A DNA stretch of 63,937 bases, the filler included, from Caldilineae bacterium (GTDB lineage: Bacteria > Chloroflexota > Anaerolineae > DTLA01): the NCBI GenBank assembly GCA_037446815.1. It is 13 parts of 13 records of this genome, joined end to end, with 100 filler letters (N's around TTAATTAATTAA, not from the genome) between each part and the next. Parts side by side here need not be neighbours in the genome. Positions count along the whole stretch, not along the records: positions 16,236 to 21,417 come from JBBIHX010000194.1; positions 21,518 to 26,636 come from JBBIHX010000195.1; positions 26,737 to 31,825 come from JBBIHX010000196.1; 10 more parts are not named here. One strand, written 5' to 3'. How positions within the stretch are numbered: the first letter of the stretch is position 1; every line of letters begins with the position of its first letter. The position numbers and the translations under genes were made by a program. Of the stretch, positions 19,167 to 28,921 are shown in pieces. The notes beneath the pieces were generated by a model. It saw nothing but the letters and a program-made list of their open reading frames with translations. It ran no database searches and was not told the DNA's origin.

Positions 19167-19308
19167 CGGTCAGCAATCAGCAATCAGCAATTAGCAATCA
19201 GCAGTCAGCAATCAGCGGTCAGCAGTCAGCGATTGGCTATCGGTTGCTTGCCAATGGCTAGGGCTGATGGCTGATCGCTGACGGCTGATGGCTGTTTGCT
19301 GATGGCTA
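19165..19308. repeat. Inverted heptamer repeat array (CAGCAAT)n ... (GGCTGAT)n
   Basis: About 9 forward and 8 reverse units able to form a long hairpin. Confidence 0.8.
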
Positions 19309-19329
19309 CTTCCTCAAGGAGGCGAAGCA

Positions 19330-19839
19330 ATGACAGGGAAAGCAGGTTTGAAAGCAGGCCTGGTGGGCGGGGGCGTGGCGGCGATCCTGTCGTTCACCAC
19401 GTTCATCCCGTGCTTGCAGTGTCTGTCCGTCCCGCTGATGTTCCTGGCCTACGCGGTGGCGGGGGCGTTGGCCGCGTACTGGCTGCCCAAGCCGCGCACG
19501 GCGGGCGATGGCGCAGCGGCAGGTGCCGTGGCCGGTGCCGTCGCGGGCGCTCTCGGCGGCATCGTGTGGATGATTGTGTCGGCGGTGTCCTACTCGGCGC
19601 TAGGGGGCGCGGAGTACATCGTGCGCAACCTGCCGCAGGAATTTCTCTACATGCTTGAGGAATACGGGTTGGATCCGTGGGCCGTGTTCGCGCCGCGCGT
19701 GGTCAACGCGGTCAACGCGGGGTGCTGCGCGGTGATGTGGCTGGCGGCGGTGGGCACAGGCGCGCTTGTCGGCGCGATCTTCGGCGCGTCCAAGGGCGAA
19801 CCTGCCGCCCCGACCGGGGGCCCGGTCGTAGACGCGTGA
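19330..19839 (+). CDS. Hypothetical membrane protein
   Basis: AGGAGG RBS; Gly/Ala-rich transmembrane segments. Confidence 0.7.
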   Translation: MTGKAGLKAGLVGGGVAAILSFTTFIPCLQCLSVPLMFLAYAVAGALAAYWLPKPRTAGDGAAAGAVAGAVAGALGGIVWMIVSAVSYSALGGAEYIVRNLPQEFLYMLEEYGLDPWAVFAPRVVNAVNAGCCAVMWLAAVGTGALVGAIFGASKGEPAAPTGGPVVDA

Positions 19840-19870
19840 GTCCGCGGCGCCCTTGCCCAAGAGGTGGACG

Positions 19871-20290
<420 letters not shown>

Positions 20291-20295
20291 GACGC

Positions 20296-20652
20296 GTGGG
20301 AAACGACCCCCCTGATTTCTGGGACCATCTGGATCAACTGGTTGCGGACGCGAAACTGGTCATTGACCGCCCGGCGGGTTCGCGCCACCCGCGTTACCCC
20401 GAGTTCGTCTACCCGCTGGACTATGGCTATCTGGAGGGCACGGTTTCGCCCGATGGCGGCGGCATTGACGTGTGGGTTGGCAGCCTGACCGAGAAGAGCG
20501 TGACTGCCGCGCTGGCGTGCGTGGACTTGCGCAAGCGCGACGCGGAGGTGAAGATCCTCCTCGGCTGCACACAGGAGGAGGCCCGGCGTATCCTCGGCTT
20601 CCACAACACTGGCGTCCAGGCCGCCATACTCATCTTTCGCCCTCTGCGTTAG
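20296..20652 (+). CDS. Inorganic pyrophosphatase-like small protein
   Basis: IDRPAGSRHP, YPLDYGYL, DGGGIDVW. Confidence 0.8.
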   Translation: MGNDPPDFWDHLDQLVADAKLVIDRPAGSRHPRYPEFVYPLDYGYLEGTVSPDGGGIDVWVGSLTEKSVTAALACVDLRKRDAEVKILLGCTQEEARRILGFHNTGVQAAILIFRPLR

Positions 20653-20706
20653 TCGCCGATTCGCGGCTCAATCCCTCTTGCGCTACGGTGCACCGGTGGA
20701 AACCCG

Positions 20707-20943
20707 TCGGCGGCGACGCAGAACCTGCTCCTGGCGGCTACAGCGCTAGGCCTCGGCGCGGTGTGGGTGGGCATCTACCCGCGTGCCGAGCGGGAGGCGC
20801 ATGTGCGCAAGGTGCTGGGCATTCCCGAAGGCAAGCGGGTGCTGTGCATTGTGCCTGTCGGCCGCCCGGCGGAGCAAAAGCCGCCCCGCACGCAGTACGA
20901 CCCCGCCAAGGTGCACCGCGACCGGTACGGCCACCGCGGGTAG
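20707..20943 (+). pseudogene. Nitroreductase, C-terminal half only
   Basis: SAATQNLLLAATALGLGAVWVG...LGIP...VPVGRP; N-terminal RRSIR region absent. Confidence 0.7.
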
Positions 20944-21003
20944 GCGCGGGGGGTGAACACCCCATCACCCCCTAGCCCCCTCTTCCCCGCTGGCAGGGAA
21001 GAG

Positions 21004-21415
21004 GGGGCGGGGCCGCGCGGGGCTGAAGCCGCCGCGGTGAGGGCGTAGGGCAAGTTGGCAACTTGCCCCACGGGGGCGGGGGTATGTGGCCGCGCGGGGC
21101 TAATGGCTAGCGGCTATCGGCTAATGGCCAGCCTGTCACCCTGAGCGAAGCGAAGGGTCTCGGGTTGCGAGATTCTTCGCGGCTTCGCCGCTCAGAATGA
21201 CAGATTGCCGCGGGCGAGGGGCGGGGCCGCGCGGGGCTGAAGCCGCCGCGGTGAGGGCGTAGGGCAAGTTGGCAACTTGCCCCACGGGGGCGGGGGTATG
21301 TGGCCGCGCGGGGCTAATGGCTAGCGGCTATCGGCTAATGGCCAGCCTGTCACCCTGAGCGAAGCGAAGGGTCTCGGGTTGCGAGATTCTTCGCGGCTTC
21401 GCCGCTCAGAATGAC
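21004..21415. repeat. Two 198-bp direct repeats (period 214) of mixed REP-like units
   Basis: 21004-21201 matches 21218-21415; each holds a GTAGGGCAAGTT...AACTTGCCC hairpin, heptamers and two GTCA hairpins. Confidence 0.9.
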
Positions 21416-21517
21416 GGNNNNNNNNNNNNNNNNNNNNNNNNNNNNNNNNNNNNNNNNNNNNTTAATTAATTAANNNNNNNNNNNNNNNNNNNNNNNNNNN
21501 NNNNNNNNNNNNNNNNN

Positions 21518-21816
21518 GCGCCCCCAAGGCCCACACCCTCAGCGCGGCGGCTTCAGCCCCGCGCGGCCACGCACCCTCGGCCACCGCGAGAGGGCCGGGG
21601 TGAGGGCCACGCTCCCTCGCCCGCAACTGTCATTCTGAGCGGCGAAGCCGCGAAGAATCTCGCGCTCCTATTCGCGCAATCCGTGCCATCCGTGGATACA
21701 ACCCTGGAGATGCTTCGCCTTCGGCTCAGCATGACAGGAGGGCGACTACGTGCAACGCACCTCCGAGGTGTGTCGCACGTAATCACTCTTGCGTGGATTC
21801 GCGTTCATCCGCGGTT
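21518..21816. repeat. Mixed REP-like cluster
   Basis: CCCTCACCC-type, GTCA-type and GTGCGACGCAC-type units plus ATCCGTG/ATTCGCG repeats. Confidence 0.75.
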
Positions 21817-21974
21817 CTGGTGCTGTCATTTTGTATTCCCCCGCGCTCCCTGGGTGCTCTGCCGTGCATGCCGGCCATCGCGCCACTCTGCGGCATTTTA
21901 CGTAACAGCCGCCTCGCGCTATACTCATGGCGAACAGGGAGTGCCAGGCATACAACTCGGTACCGGAGACACGC

Positions 21975-24041
21975 ATGTTTACACGACGCGCTGTTGCGCT
22001 TGCGCTGCTGGCCCTGCTCGCGGTTTCGGCCTGCAAGCCCGCGCCCACCATTTCCGCGACGCCCGCGGCGGCCAACGACCCCGCCGAGGTTGTCGGCGCG
22101 TTCCTGAGCGCGTGGACGCAGGCGCGCTACACCGACATGTACCGCCTCCTGTCGCCGGACGATCAGGCGGCCTACGACGCCGAGGCCTTCGTCTCGGCGT
22201 ATGCGGACTTCGCCAGCGCGGCCAAACTCACCGCGCTCAAGCCCCAGGTCATCTCGCTCCTGGTGGACAAGGATCAGGCCCGGGCGCGGTTCCGCGTGGT
22301 CTACAGCAGCCAGACGGTTGGCGACTTTGAGCGGGAGAACGTTCTGGCGCTGGCCCTGGCGGCCAACGAATGGCGGGTGCGATGGTCGCCCGCGGCCATC
22401 CTGCCCGAGATGCAGCCGGGGGATAGCGCGCATGTCCTGTACCAGGAGTCGGTGCGCGGGAACATCTACGATGGCACGGGGCACGCCCTGGCTGCCCAGG
22501 ACACGTACACCACGGTGGGCGTCGTTCCCTCCCGCATCCAGGATGAGCGCGCCCTGTTGGCCGCCTTGAGCCGGGTTCTGGGGCTACCGCCCGCCGCGAT
22601 TCAGGAGAAGTACAAGAGCGCGCCCCGCGGGGACTGGTTCATGCCCATCGCCGACCTCTCGCCCGAACAGGCCCAGGCGGCCTACGACGACTTGCACGCC
22701 GACCCAGGCATAGACATGCAGCCCACATACCGCCGCGCGTACCCGGACGGGGCGCTCTTTGCCCACATTCTCGGCTACCTGGGCCAAATCAGCGAGGACG
22801 AACTGCGGACGTGGCACGTCAAGGGGTATCGGAGCGGCGACTTCATCGGCAAGAGCGGATTGGAGGCCTGGGCCGAGCCGTACCTGGCGGGGCAGCGCGG
22901 CGCGCAACTGGTGATCCTCACCCGCGAAGGGCAGGTGCGCGCCGTCGTGGCGCAGCGTCCGGCGGTGCACTCGCGCGACGTGGTGGTAACGCTGAACGCC
23001 GACTTGCAGCGGGCGGCCACCGAAGCCCTGGGCGACCGACTCGGCGCCATCGTGGCGCTGGACCCGCGCGATGGAGCGGTGCTGGCGCTGGTGAGTTACC
23101 CCGCCTTTGACCCCAACGACTTCGCCGCGGGCGTTTCGGCCACCGTATGGAGCGCCCTGACCGGCGACGCGCGCAAGCCGTTGCTCAACCGCGCCACCCA
23201 GGCCGTGTACCCGGCGGGATCCATCTTCAAGGTCGTTACCATGGCCGCCGCGCTGGAGGATGCGGGGTTCTCGTCCGGCAGCACGTTCACTTGCACCGGC
23301 GCATTTTTGGCGTACAACCGAACCTGGAAATGCTACGGCGTGCACGGGACGCTGGATTTGGTACGCGGGCTGACGCAGTCGTGCGACGTGGTCTTCTATA
23401 CGCTGGGCAAGGCGCTCTATGAGGCGGATGCGAACGCGCTGTCGGACATGGCGCGGGCCTTCGGCCTGGGCAAGGCGACGGGCATTGACCTGCCCGGCGA
23501 ATCGCCCGGCCTAGTGCCCGACGGGGCGTGGAAACAACAGGCGCGGGGCGAAGCCTGGTACCCCGGCGACAGCATCAACCTCGCCATCGGCCAGGGCGAT
23601 TTGCTGGTTACGCCGATTCAGATTGCCACTCTGTACGCCGCCATCGCCAACGGGGGCACGCTGTACCGGCCCCACGTGGTGGCGAAGATTCCTGCCTGGA
23701 GCGAGGGCGAGCAGGACATCGTGGTGCAGCCGGAGGTCATGGGGACGCTGCCCGTGTCGGCGGAGCATCTGGCCGCCATCCGTCGCGGCCTGGAAGGGGT
23801 AACGCAGCCGCCCTATGGGACATCGTGGCGCGTCTTCCAGGGGATGCCCATCTCGGTGGCGGGCAAGAGCGGCACGGCCGAGAACATCGTTGAGATACCG
23901 CACTCCTGGTGGGTGGGGTATGCGCCGGCGGAGAATCCGGAGATTGTCGTTGCGGCCATCGTGGAGAATGTGGGCGAGGGCAGCAAGTTCGCCGCGCCCA
24001 TCGTGCGGCAGGTGCTGGAAGCCTGGTGGCGGTTGAGGTGA
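21975..24041 (+). CDS. mrdA: Class B penicillin-binding protein 2 (lipoprotein, NTF2-like N-terminus)
   Basis: Lipobox LAVSAC; RGNIYD, GKSGLE, SxxK (GSIFK), SCD, KSG. Confidence 0.88.
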   Translation: MFTRRAVALALLALLAVSACKPAPTISATPAAANDPAEVVGAFLSAWTQARYTDMYRLLSPDDQAAYDAEAFVSAYADFASAAKLTALKPQVISLLVDKDQARARFRVVYSSQTVGDFERENVLALALAANEWRVRWSPAAILPEMQPGDSAHVLYQESVRGNIYDGTGHALAAQDTYTTVGVVPSRIQDERALLAALSRVLGLPPAAIQEKYKSAPRGDWFMPIADLSPEQAQAAYDDLHADPGIDMQPTYRRAYPDGALFAHILGYLGQISEDELRTWHVKGYRSGDFIGKSGLEAWAEPYLAGQRGAQLVILTREGQVRAVVAQRPAVHSRDVVVTLNADLQRAATEALGDRLGAIVALDPRDGAVLALVSYPAFDPNDFAAGVSATVWSALTGDARKPLLNRATQAVYPAGSIFKVVTMAAALEDAGFSSGSTFTCTGAFLAYNRTWKCYGVHGTLDLVRGLTQSCDVVFYTLGKALYEADANALSDMARAFGLGKATGIDLPGESPGLVPDGAWKQQARGEAWYPGDSINLAIGQGDLLVTPIQIATLYAAIANGGTLYRPHVVAKIPAWSEGEQDIVVQPEVMGTLPVSAEHLAAIRRGLEGVTQPPYGTSWRVFQGMPISVAGKSGTAENIVEIPHSWWVGYAPAENPEIVVAAIVENVGEGSKFAAPIVRQVLEAWWRLR

Positions 24042-24045
24042 TGAT

Positions 24046-24303
24046 GTGAGACCGGATGTGTTGCAAACGACGCATACGATTGACAATGTGGTGGTTGCCG
24101 AATATGATATTGCGGCGGGCGCGCTCGTTCATGTGCGGCGCGGCGGCGACGAAATCACCGTTGTCGTGGTGGATGACGTGCCCTTTGGGTGCTTGTTGGC
24201 CGTTTGCGACATCCCGCAGGGGCGACCGATTGTGCGAGGCGGCGTGCGGGTTGGCGTGGCCTCTGCGCACATCCGCGCCGGCCAGCGGGTAGACATCCCC
24301 TGA
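24046..24303 (+). CDS. Stand-alone SAF domain (UxaA N-terminus-like)
   Basis: DNVVVA..DI..G, DVPFG...A..DIP.G..I...G..VG.A...I..G. Confidence 0.6.
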   Translation: MRPDVLQTTHTIDNVVVAEYDIAAGALVHVRRGGDEITVVVVDDVPFGCLLAVCDIPQGRPIVRGGVRVGVASAHIRAGQRVDIP

Positions 24304-24433
24304 GTATAGGAGGGCGTACCATGGGAGCCAACCTCGGGTTCTACGGCTGCCCCAACTATCCGCGGTGCCGGGAGGTTGTGCCCGTTGCTGCGGGTGGGGC
24401 CTCGCCCGACGGCAGCGCTTCGCGGAGGTCGTG

Positions 24434-24922
24434 ATGCCCTGCCCCGGCGCAGATTCGCTCATCCAGAAACTCCGTCTGACCTATCGCGTCATCCACATGC
24501 AGGTTGACGGTCTCTCCCACGCGGATAGCCTGCTCCAGCCGCCCTTTCGCGGGAATTGCCTCAACTGGGTGCTTGGGCACATCGTGGAAGGTCGGAATGG
24601 CGCGCTTCGGGCGCTGGGCCAGGCGGCCGTCTGGGGCGAGGACGCAGGGGCGCGCTACGCCACCGGCTCAGCGCCGATTGTGAGCGATGCGCAGGCGCTC
24701 CCGCTGGGGCAACTGCTGGCGGGCCTGGCCCTGTCGCAGGAGCGGATAGAGGCGGCGCTGCGCGATATGACGCCCGACGGGCTGGCTGCGCCCGTGGACG
24801 CCGACGGCGAGCGGATTCCGCTGGGCGAGCACCTGGATTGGCTTCTGTGGCACGAGACGTATCACGTGGGCCAGTTGGAGTTGCTGCGTCAACTGGCGGG
24901 CAAGAACGATGCCGTGATATAG
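24434..24922 (+). CDS. DinB family protein
   Basis: NCLNWVLGH and HETYHVGQL. Confidence 0.88.
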   Translation: MPCPGADSLIQKLRLTYRVIHMQVDGLSHADSLLQPPFRGNCLNWVLGHIVEGRNGALRALGQAAVWGEDAGARYATGSAPIVSDAQALPLGQLLAGLALSQERIEAALRDMTPDGLAAPVDADGERIPLGEHLDWLLWHETYHVGQLELLRQLAGKNDAVI

Positions 24923-24932
24923 GGAGGGCCTT

Positions 24933-25265
24933 GTGGGCGAAAACGCGCGCCTTCAGTTTGTCTACGTCTTTGATCCGGTGCGGCCCGAGTTGGTAACGAA
25001 CCCCGACGCCTGGACGGAGGAGGACATCCGCATCGCCGAGGCGCACTGGGAGCACCTGAAGCGCGCGACGCGCGAGGGCATCGTCATCCTTGCGGGCCGC
25101 TCGCTGGACGGGCGCGGGCCGGCGGTCGTCATCTTTGAGGCGGCATCGGAGGAAGAAGCGCGGCGTTTCATGGAGAGCGACCCCTTCGTGAAGGGCGGGC
25201 TGATGCGGGCGACACTCCATCCCTTCCGGGCGGCCCTGGTCCGCGGCGCGCCCATTCCAGACTGA
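24933..25265 (+). CDS. YciI family protein
   Basis: HWEHL, LAGR, ESDPFV..G. Confidence 0.85.
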   Translation: MGENARLQFVYVFDPVRPELVTNPDAWTEEDIRIAEAHWEHLKRATREGIVILAGRSLDGRGPAVVIFEAASEEEARRFMESDPFVKGGLMRATLHPFRAALVRGAPIPD

Positions 25266-25304
25266 CCCCTGGCACATCCACACAGAGTTGTTATGGAGGT
25301 TCCC

Positions 25305-26303
25305 ATGTCCAACACTATCCGTGTGATTCAATACGGGCTTGGGCCCATCGGCAGCGCCATCGCCCGGCACGTTACGGAGCGTGCCGATCTCGTGCTGGTC
25401 GGGGCGGTGGACGTGGACCCGGCCAAGGCGGGCCGCGATGTGGGCGAGGTCATCGGCCTGGGGCGGCCCCTGGGGTTCCCGGTAACGCGCACCCTGGCCG
25501 AGACGTTGGCCCGCGCCGAGGCCGACGTGGCCCTGCACGCCACCAGTTCCTACTTTGACCGATTCAAGCCGCAGATTCTGGAACTCCTGGACGCGGGCCT
25601 GGATGTGGTCTCCACCGCCGAGGAACTGTCGTTCCCGTGGCTGGCGCACCCCGAGGAGGCGCGGGAGATAGACGCGGCGGCCCGTCGCGCGGGCAAAACG
25701 GTGCTAGGCACCGGCATCAACCCGGGGTTCCTCATGGACTCGCTGCCCCTGTTCCTCACGGCCATCTGCCAGCGGGTTGACCATATCGCCGTTCGCCGCG
25801 CGCAGAATGCGTCGCTGCGCCGCGGGCCGTTTCAGGCGAAGATCGGCGCGGGGCTGACGGTGGAGGAGTTCCAGGAGCGCATGGCGGCGGGGCGCATGGG
25901 GCACGTGGGCCTGCCGGAGTCTGTCGGCATGGTATTCCACGCGCTAGGGCGCACGCTGGTGTGGTACGAGTCGGCCGTGGAGCCGGTGGTGGCCGAGCGG
26001 CGCGTCGTTACCGAGTACTTTGATGTGCCGCCCGGGCGCGTCATCGGGCTGAAGCAGACGGCGCGCGGGTTCGCGCCGGAGGGCGAATTCGTGGCCCTGA
26101 CCTTCCTCGCCGCGCTGGATGCCGAAGAGAACTGCGATACCATCGTCATCAGGGGCGTTCCCGACCTGGAGGTAACCCTGCGGGGGACGAACGGGGACGT
26201 GGCCACCGTCGCCATTGCGGTGAACGCGGTGCGGCGCGTGCGCGGGGCGGAGCCGGGCCTGGCGACGATGCCGGACCTGCCGATAATCGCCTGCGGGCGG
26301 TAG
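25305..26303 (+). CDS. Dihydrodipicolinate reductase-like NAD(P)-dependent amine dehydrogenase (Ord-like)
   Basis: GLGPIG, STAEEL, GTGINPGF.MD, GHVGLPES, GDVAT. Confidence 0.85.
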   Translation: MSNTIRVIQYGLGPIGSAIARHVTERADLVLVGAVDVDPAKAGRDVGEVIGLGRPLGFPVTRTLAETLARAEADVALHATSSYFDRFKPQILELLDAGLDVVSTAEELSFPWLAHPEEAREIDAAARRAGKTVLGTGINPGFLMDSLPLFLTAICQRVDHIAVRRAQNASLRRGPFQAKIGAGLTVEEFQERMAAGRMGHVGLPESVGMVFHALGRTLVWYESAVEPVVAERRVVTEYFDVPPGRVIGLKQTARGFAPEGEFVALTFLAALDAEENCDTIVIRGVPDLEVTLRGTNGDVATVAIAVNAVRRVRGAEPGLATMPDLPIIACGR

Positions 26304-26600
26304 GGGAGTTCCCTCGCCCCGCGGGCCGAAAGGCCAAACCACCTCATCACCCCCTAGCCCCCTCTTCCCGCAGGCAGGGAAGAGGGGGACGCATGACCGC
26401 GCGGGGCGAAAGCCCCGGGGCCTCGGTCGGCGAGATTCTTCGCCGCTTCGCGGCTCAGAATGACGGTTGGGGGGCGGGCCGCGCGGGGCGAAAGCCGCCG
26501 CGCTGGGGGTAGCCCCCGCAGTTTGGGAGACCCTTGGGGTCTATTCCACACCCGCCACGGACGCGGTGTGTTGGCGGGCGCACTCGGTGGGCGCAGCAGG

Positions 26601-26629
26601 TTGACCGTCGGTTGCTTCTGCGCTACAAT
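26601..26629 (+). promoter_or_regulatory. Sigma70-like promoter TTGACC-17-TACAAT (downstream gene lost at contig end)
   Basis: Consensus match and spacing. Confidence 0.55.
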
Positions 26630-26792
26630 AGCCGCANNNNNNNNNNNNNNNNNNNNNNNNNNNNNNNNNNNNNNNNNNNNTTAATTAATTAANNNNNNNN
26701 NNNNNNNNNNNNNNNNNNNNNNNNNNNNNNNNNNNNCGAAGGCGAAGCATCTCCAGGGTTGTATCCACGGATAACACGGAGAGGGGTAGAAC

Positions 26793-26821
26793 TTGCATAT
26801 CTCGGCGAGGGATGCTATAAT
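26793..26821 (+). promoter_or_regulatory. Sigma70 promoter of tRNA-Val, TTGCAT-17-TATAAT with extended TG
   Basis: Ends 10 nt before the tRNA. Confidence 0.8.
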
Positions 26822-26831
26822 ATGCACAGTC

Positions 26832-26905
26832 GGGCGAGTAGCTCAGTCGGTCAGAGCGCACGGTTCACATCCGTGAGGTCGTAGGTTCGAGCCCTATCTC
26901 GCCCA
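26832..26905 (+). tRNA. tRNA-Val (CAC)
   Basis: Cloverleaf: GGGCGAG/CTCGCCC acceptor stem, CACGG-TTCACAT-CCGTG anticodon arm, GGTTCGAG T-loop; complete CCA not encoded. Confidence 0.96.
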
Positions 26906-27008
26906 CCTTCGGTCGCGAAGTTGCCCCCTTCGCGACTTTTTTCTACCTCATCGCGGGAGGTGCGCCATCGGACACACGCTCCAGGCCAGCCTGTGGGTCG
27001 CCGGTTCC

Positions 27009-27641
27009 GTGCTGATATATCTGGCCGCCTCTCTTCTCCTGGACTCGGCGGAGGCAAGCGCGGATTCCCCTTTACGCGAGCATCTGCGGCGCGCGCGGCA
27101 AGTCGGCGCCGACCGCGTGGCCGCCCTTGCGTACTACGTCGGCTTGCCCTTCGCGGCCATGCTCGCGGGCGCCGCCGATTTCCCCGGGCACCTGGGCCTG
27201 GCGGGGATGGACTGGCCGGCGTCCCTGGCGCGGGGGACCGCGATGGGCTTGGCTGTGTTTGCCGGGATGGCGGGCATCGCCGGGTACGTTCGGCGACACG
27301 CCCCCGGAGCGAGGGGCGAGGCTCTGGCCGGCGAGTGGGAACCCTGGCTCTTGGCCCTGTGCCGCGAAGCCCATTGGGCGTTCTATCGGCTGCCGGGCAT
27401 TCTGCTGACGGGGGACTTCCTGTGGGGAACGTTCATCGGCGGGGCGCTGGCGCTGCTGGAGCGGGCGGGCGATCCGCGTTGGCTGCGAGCGGCCACGGCT
27501 CCCCGCACGGCCCTGCGCGTATGGCTGGACGTGGCGCTGCTGGTGGGCATGTCCGTTGCCTTCTACCTGGTGCGCAACTTCTTCGTGCTGTGGGCCGTTC
27601 ACGCTGTGCTGATTTGGGCAGGGCGCAAGGCTCTCCGATGA
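27009..27641 (+). CDS. Hypothetical membrane protein, distantly CPBP/Abi-like
   Basis: Multiple TM segments; REAHWAFYR and terminal H; start uncertain. Confidence 0.55.
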   Translation: MLIYLAASLLLDSAEASADSPLREHLRRARQVGADRVAALAYYVGLPFAAMLAGAADFPGHLGLAGMDWPASLARGTAMGLAVFAGMAGIAGYVRRHAPGARGEALAGEWEPWLLALCREAHWAFYRLPGILLTGDFLWGTFIGGALALLERAGDPRWLRAATAPRTALRVWLDVALLVGMSVAFYLVRNFFVLWAVHAVLIWAGRKALR

Positions 27642-27728
27642 CGGCGCTCCCACCCTTCGCCCGCCGCGGGAAAGCAAAACGGGAGCAGACGCGCGTCCGC
27701 TCCCGTTCCGTGGGCCAGATGGGGAAGC

Positions 27729-27992
27729 CTACGCCAACAGCAGGCTGAGGCCAACCAGCACGACCAACATCACCGCCGCGATGATCCCAAGCCGCCGCAA
27801 ATCCTTCAGCACGTAGTGGTACTCCTGTTTGAAGTCAACGGCCTGGCCGCGTTTGTACCCTGGGGCCACGGCGGCCTCCTTCTGGGCTGGAGCCGCAGTC
27901 GTCGCCGCCTTCACCGGACGGTCAAAGGTCGTCTGCGGAACCGGTCGCCGCTGCGCCCGAGGGCGCTGGGACTTCTTCGTTTTCTTTGCCAT
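27729..27992 (-). CDS. Small hypothetical protein with C-terminal TM helix
   Basis: GGAGG RBS; basic N-terminus; EYHYVLKDLRRL followed by a hydrophobic tail. Confidence 0.75.
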   Translation of the reverse strand: MAKKTKKSQRPRAQRRPVPQTTFDRPVKAATTAAPAQKEAAVAPGYKRGQAVDFKQEYHYVLKDLRRLGIIAAVMLVVLVGLSLLLA

Positions 27993-28013
27993 GATCGTAT
28001 GTCCTCCGAGAGA

Positions 28014-28919
28014 TTATTGCACAAGCGCCGCAATCACAACGATGCGGTGCGTGTCTATCCGGTATGGGTAGCACGTGATGAGGGTCAGGATGGGATCCGG
28101 CGTCGGATCCATCACCTCAACCTGCGTCGGCTCAATGATGCGCTTGGCCACCACTTTGTAGCGATACGGCTGCGACCCCGCGTAGACGATGATCTCATCC
28201 TCCAGTTCCAGTTTGTGGAGGTCGCGGAAAATCTCGCCGTAGATGTCATCATGGGCCGAGATGACGCAGTTGCCGCGCTCGCCCGGGTTGGCCGAGCCGA
28301 TGTGGTGCCCCGCGCCCTTCTTCAGTTGTTCCCACCCGTCGCCTTCTACCACGCGCGCGTCCACATTGATGGCGGGAATCACGATGCGCGTCGGCTGCTC
28401 CGGCCCCGGCGTGGGGATGGGCACAACAACTTCGGGCGAGACCAGATGCTGGTACTGCGCGGGCACCGGTTCGCGCCCGGGCACCGGCGGCTCGTGCCCG
28501 CCTGGCAGGAACCGCACTTCAATCAGCGCCGTGGCGGTGGGGGTGGGCCGATTGGATGCGCTCGCCTCCACCACGTCGCGGTTCAACTCCTGCAGGTTCA
28601 GGAACGTGCCTGCCAGGATCACCACAAGCCCGATGAGCGCCAGCACCTCCACGGCGAGAAGCAACTGCTCGCGAAGGCGCCTGATGTCCACGCGACGAGG
28701 GCCGCGCGTCTCGGTTTGGGCCGGTTCCTGCGGCTGCGGCTGTGCCGGTCGCACGGGCTGCGGAGCCGGCGCCACCGGCGGCTCAACGGGCTGCACGACG
28801 CGCCCCTCCGAGGCCAGGCGACGCAGCCGTTGGGCGCGCTCCTCCCGCTTCTTCAGCAGGAGAAGCCGCTCCAACTCCTCAACGCTCATTTCTTCCGCGG
28901 ACCGCTTTCTACGAAACAC
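28014..28919 (-). CDS. Sortase (class D-like)
   Basis: TM anchor; GNCVISAH, TLITC and catalytic R in THRIVV. Confidence 0.92.
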   Translation of the reverse strand: MFRRKRSAEEMSVEELERLLLLKKREERAQRLRRLASEGRVVQPVEPPVAPAPQPVRPAQPQPQEPAQTETRGPRRVDIRRLREQLLLAVEVLALIGLVVILAGTFLNLQELNRDVVEASASNRPTPTATALIEVRFLPGGHEPPVPGREPVPAQYQHLVSPEVVVPIPTPGPEQPTRIVIPAINVDARVVEGDGWEQLKKGAGHHIGSANPGERGNCVISAHDDIYGEIFRDLHKLELEDEIIVYAGSQPYRYKVVAKRIIEPTQVEVMDPTPDPILTLITCYPYRIDTHRIVVIAALVQ

Positions 28920-28921
28920 GA

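Noticed and set aside
20650..20652. Amber read-through fusing the PPase and the nitroreductase
   Set aside because: The PPase appears complete, the nitroreductase lacks its N-terminal half, the linker does not look conserved and no pyl genes are visible.
21004..21415. Possible CRISPR array
   Set aside because: Whole units are duplicated with no unique spacers, and there are no cas genes. No CRISPR array was seen anywhere in the window.
26832..27000. tRNA-Val as an island integration site
   Set aside because: No integrase or duplicated tRNA 3' end is present on the contig.
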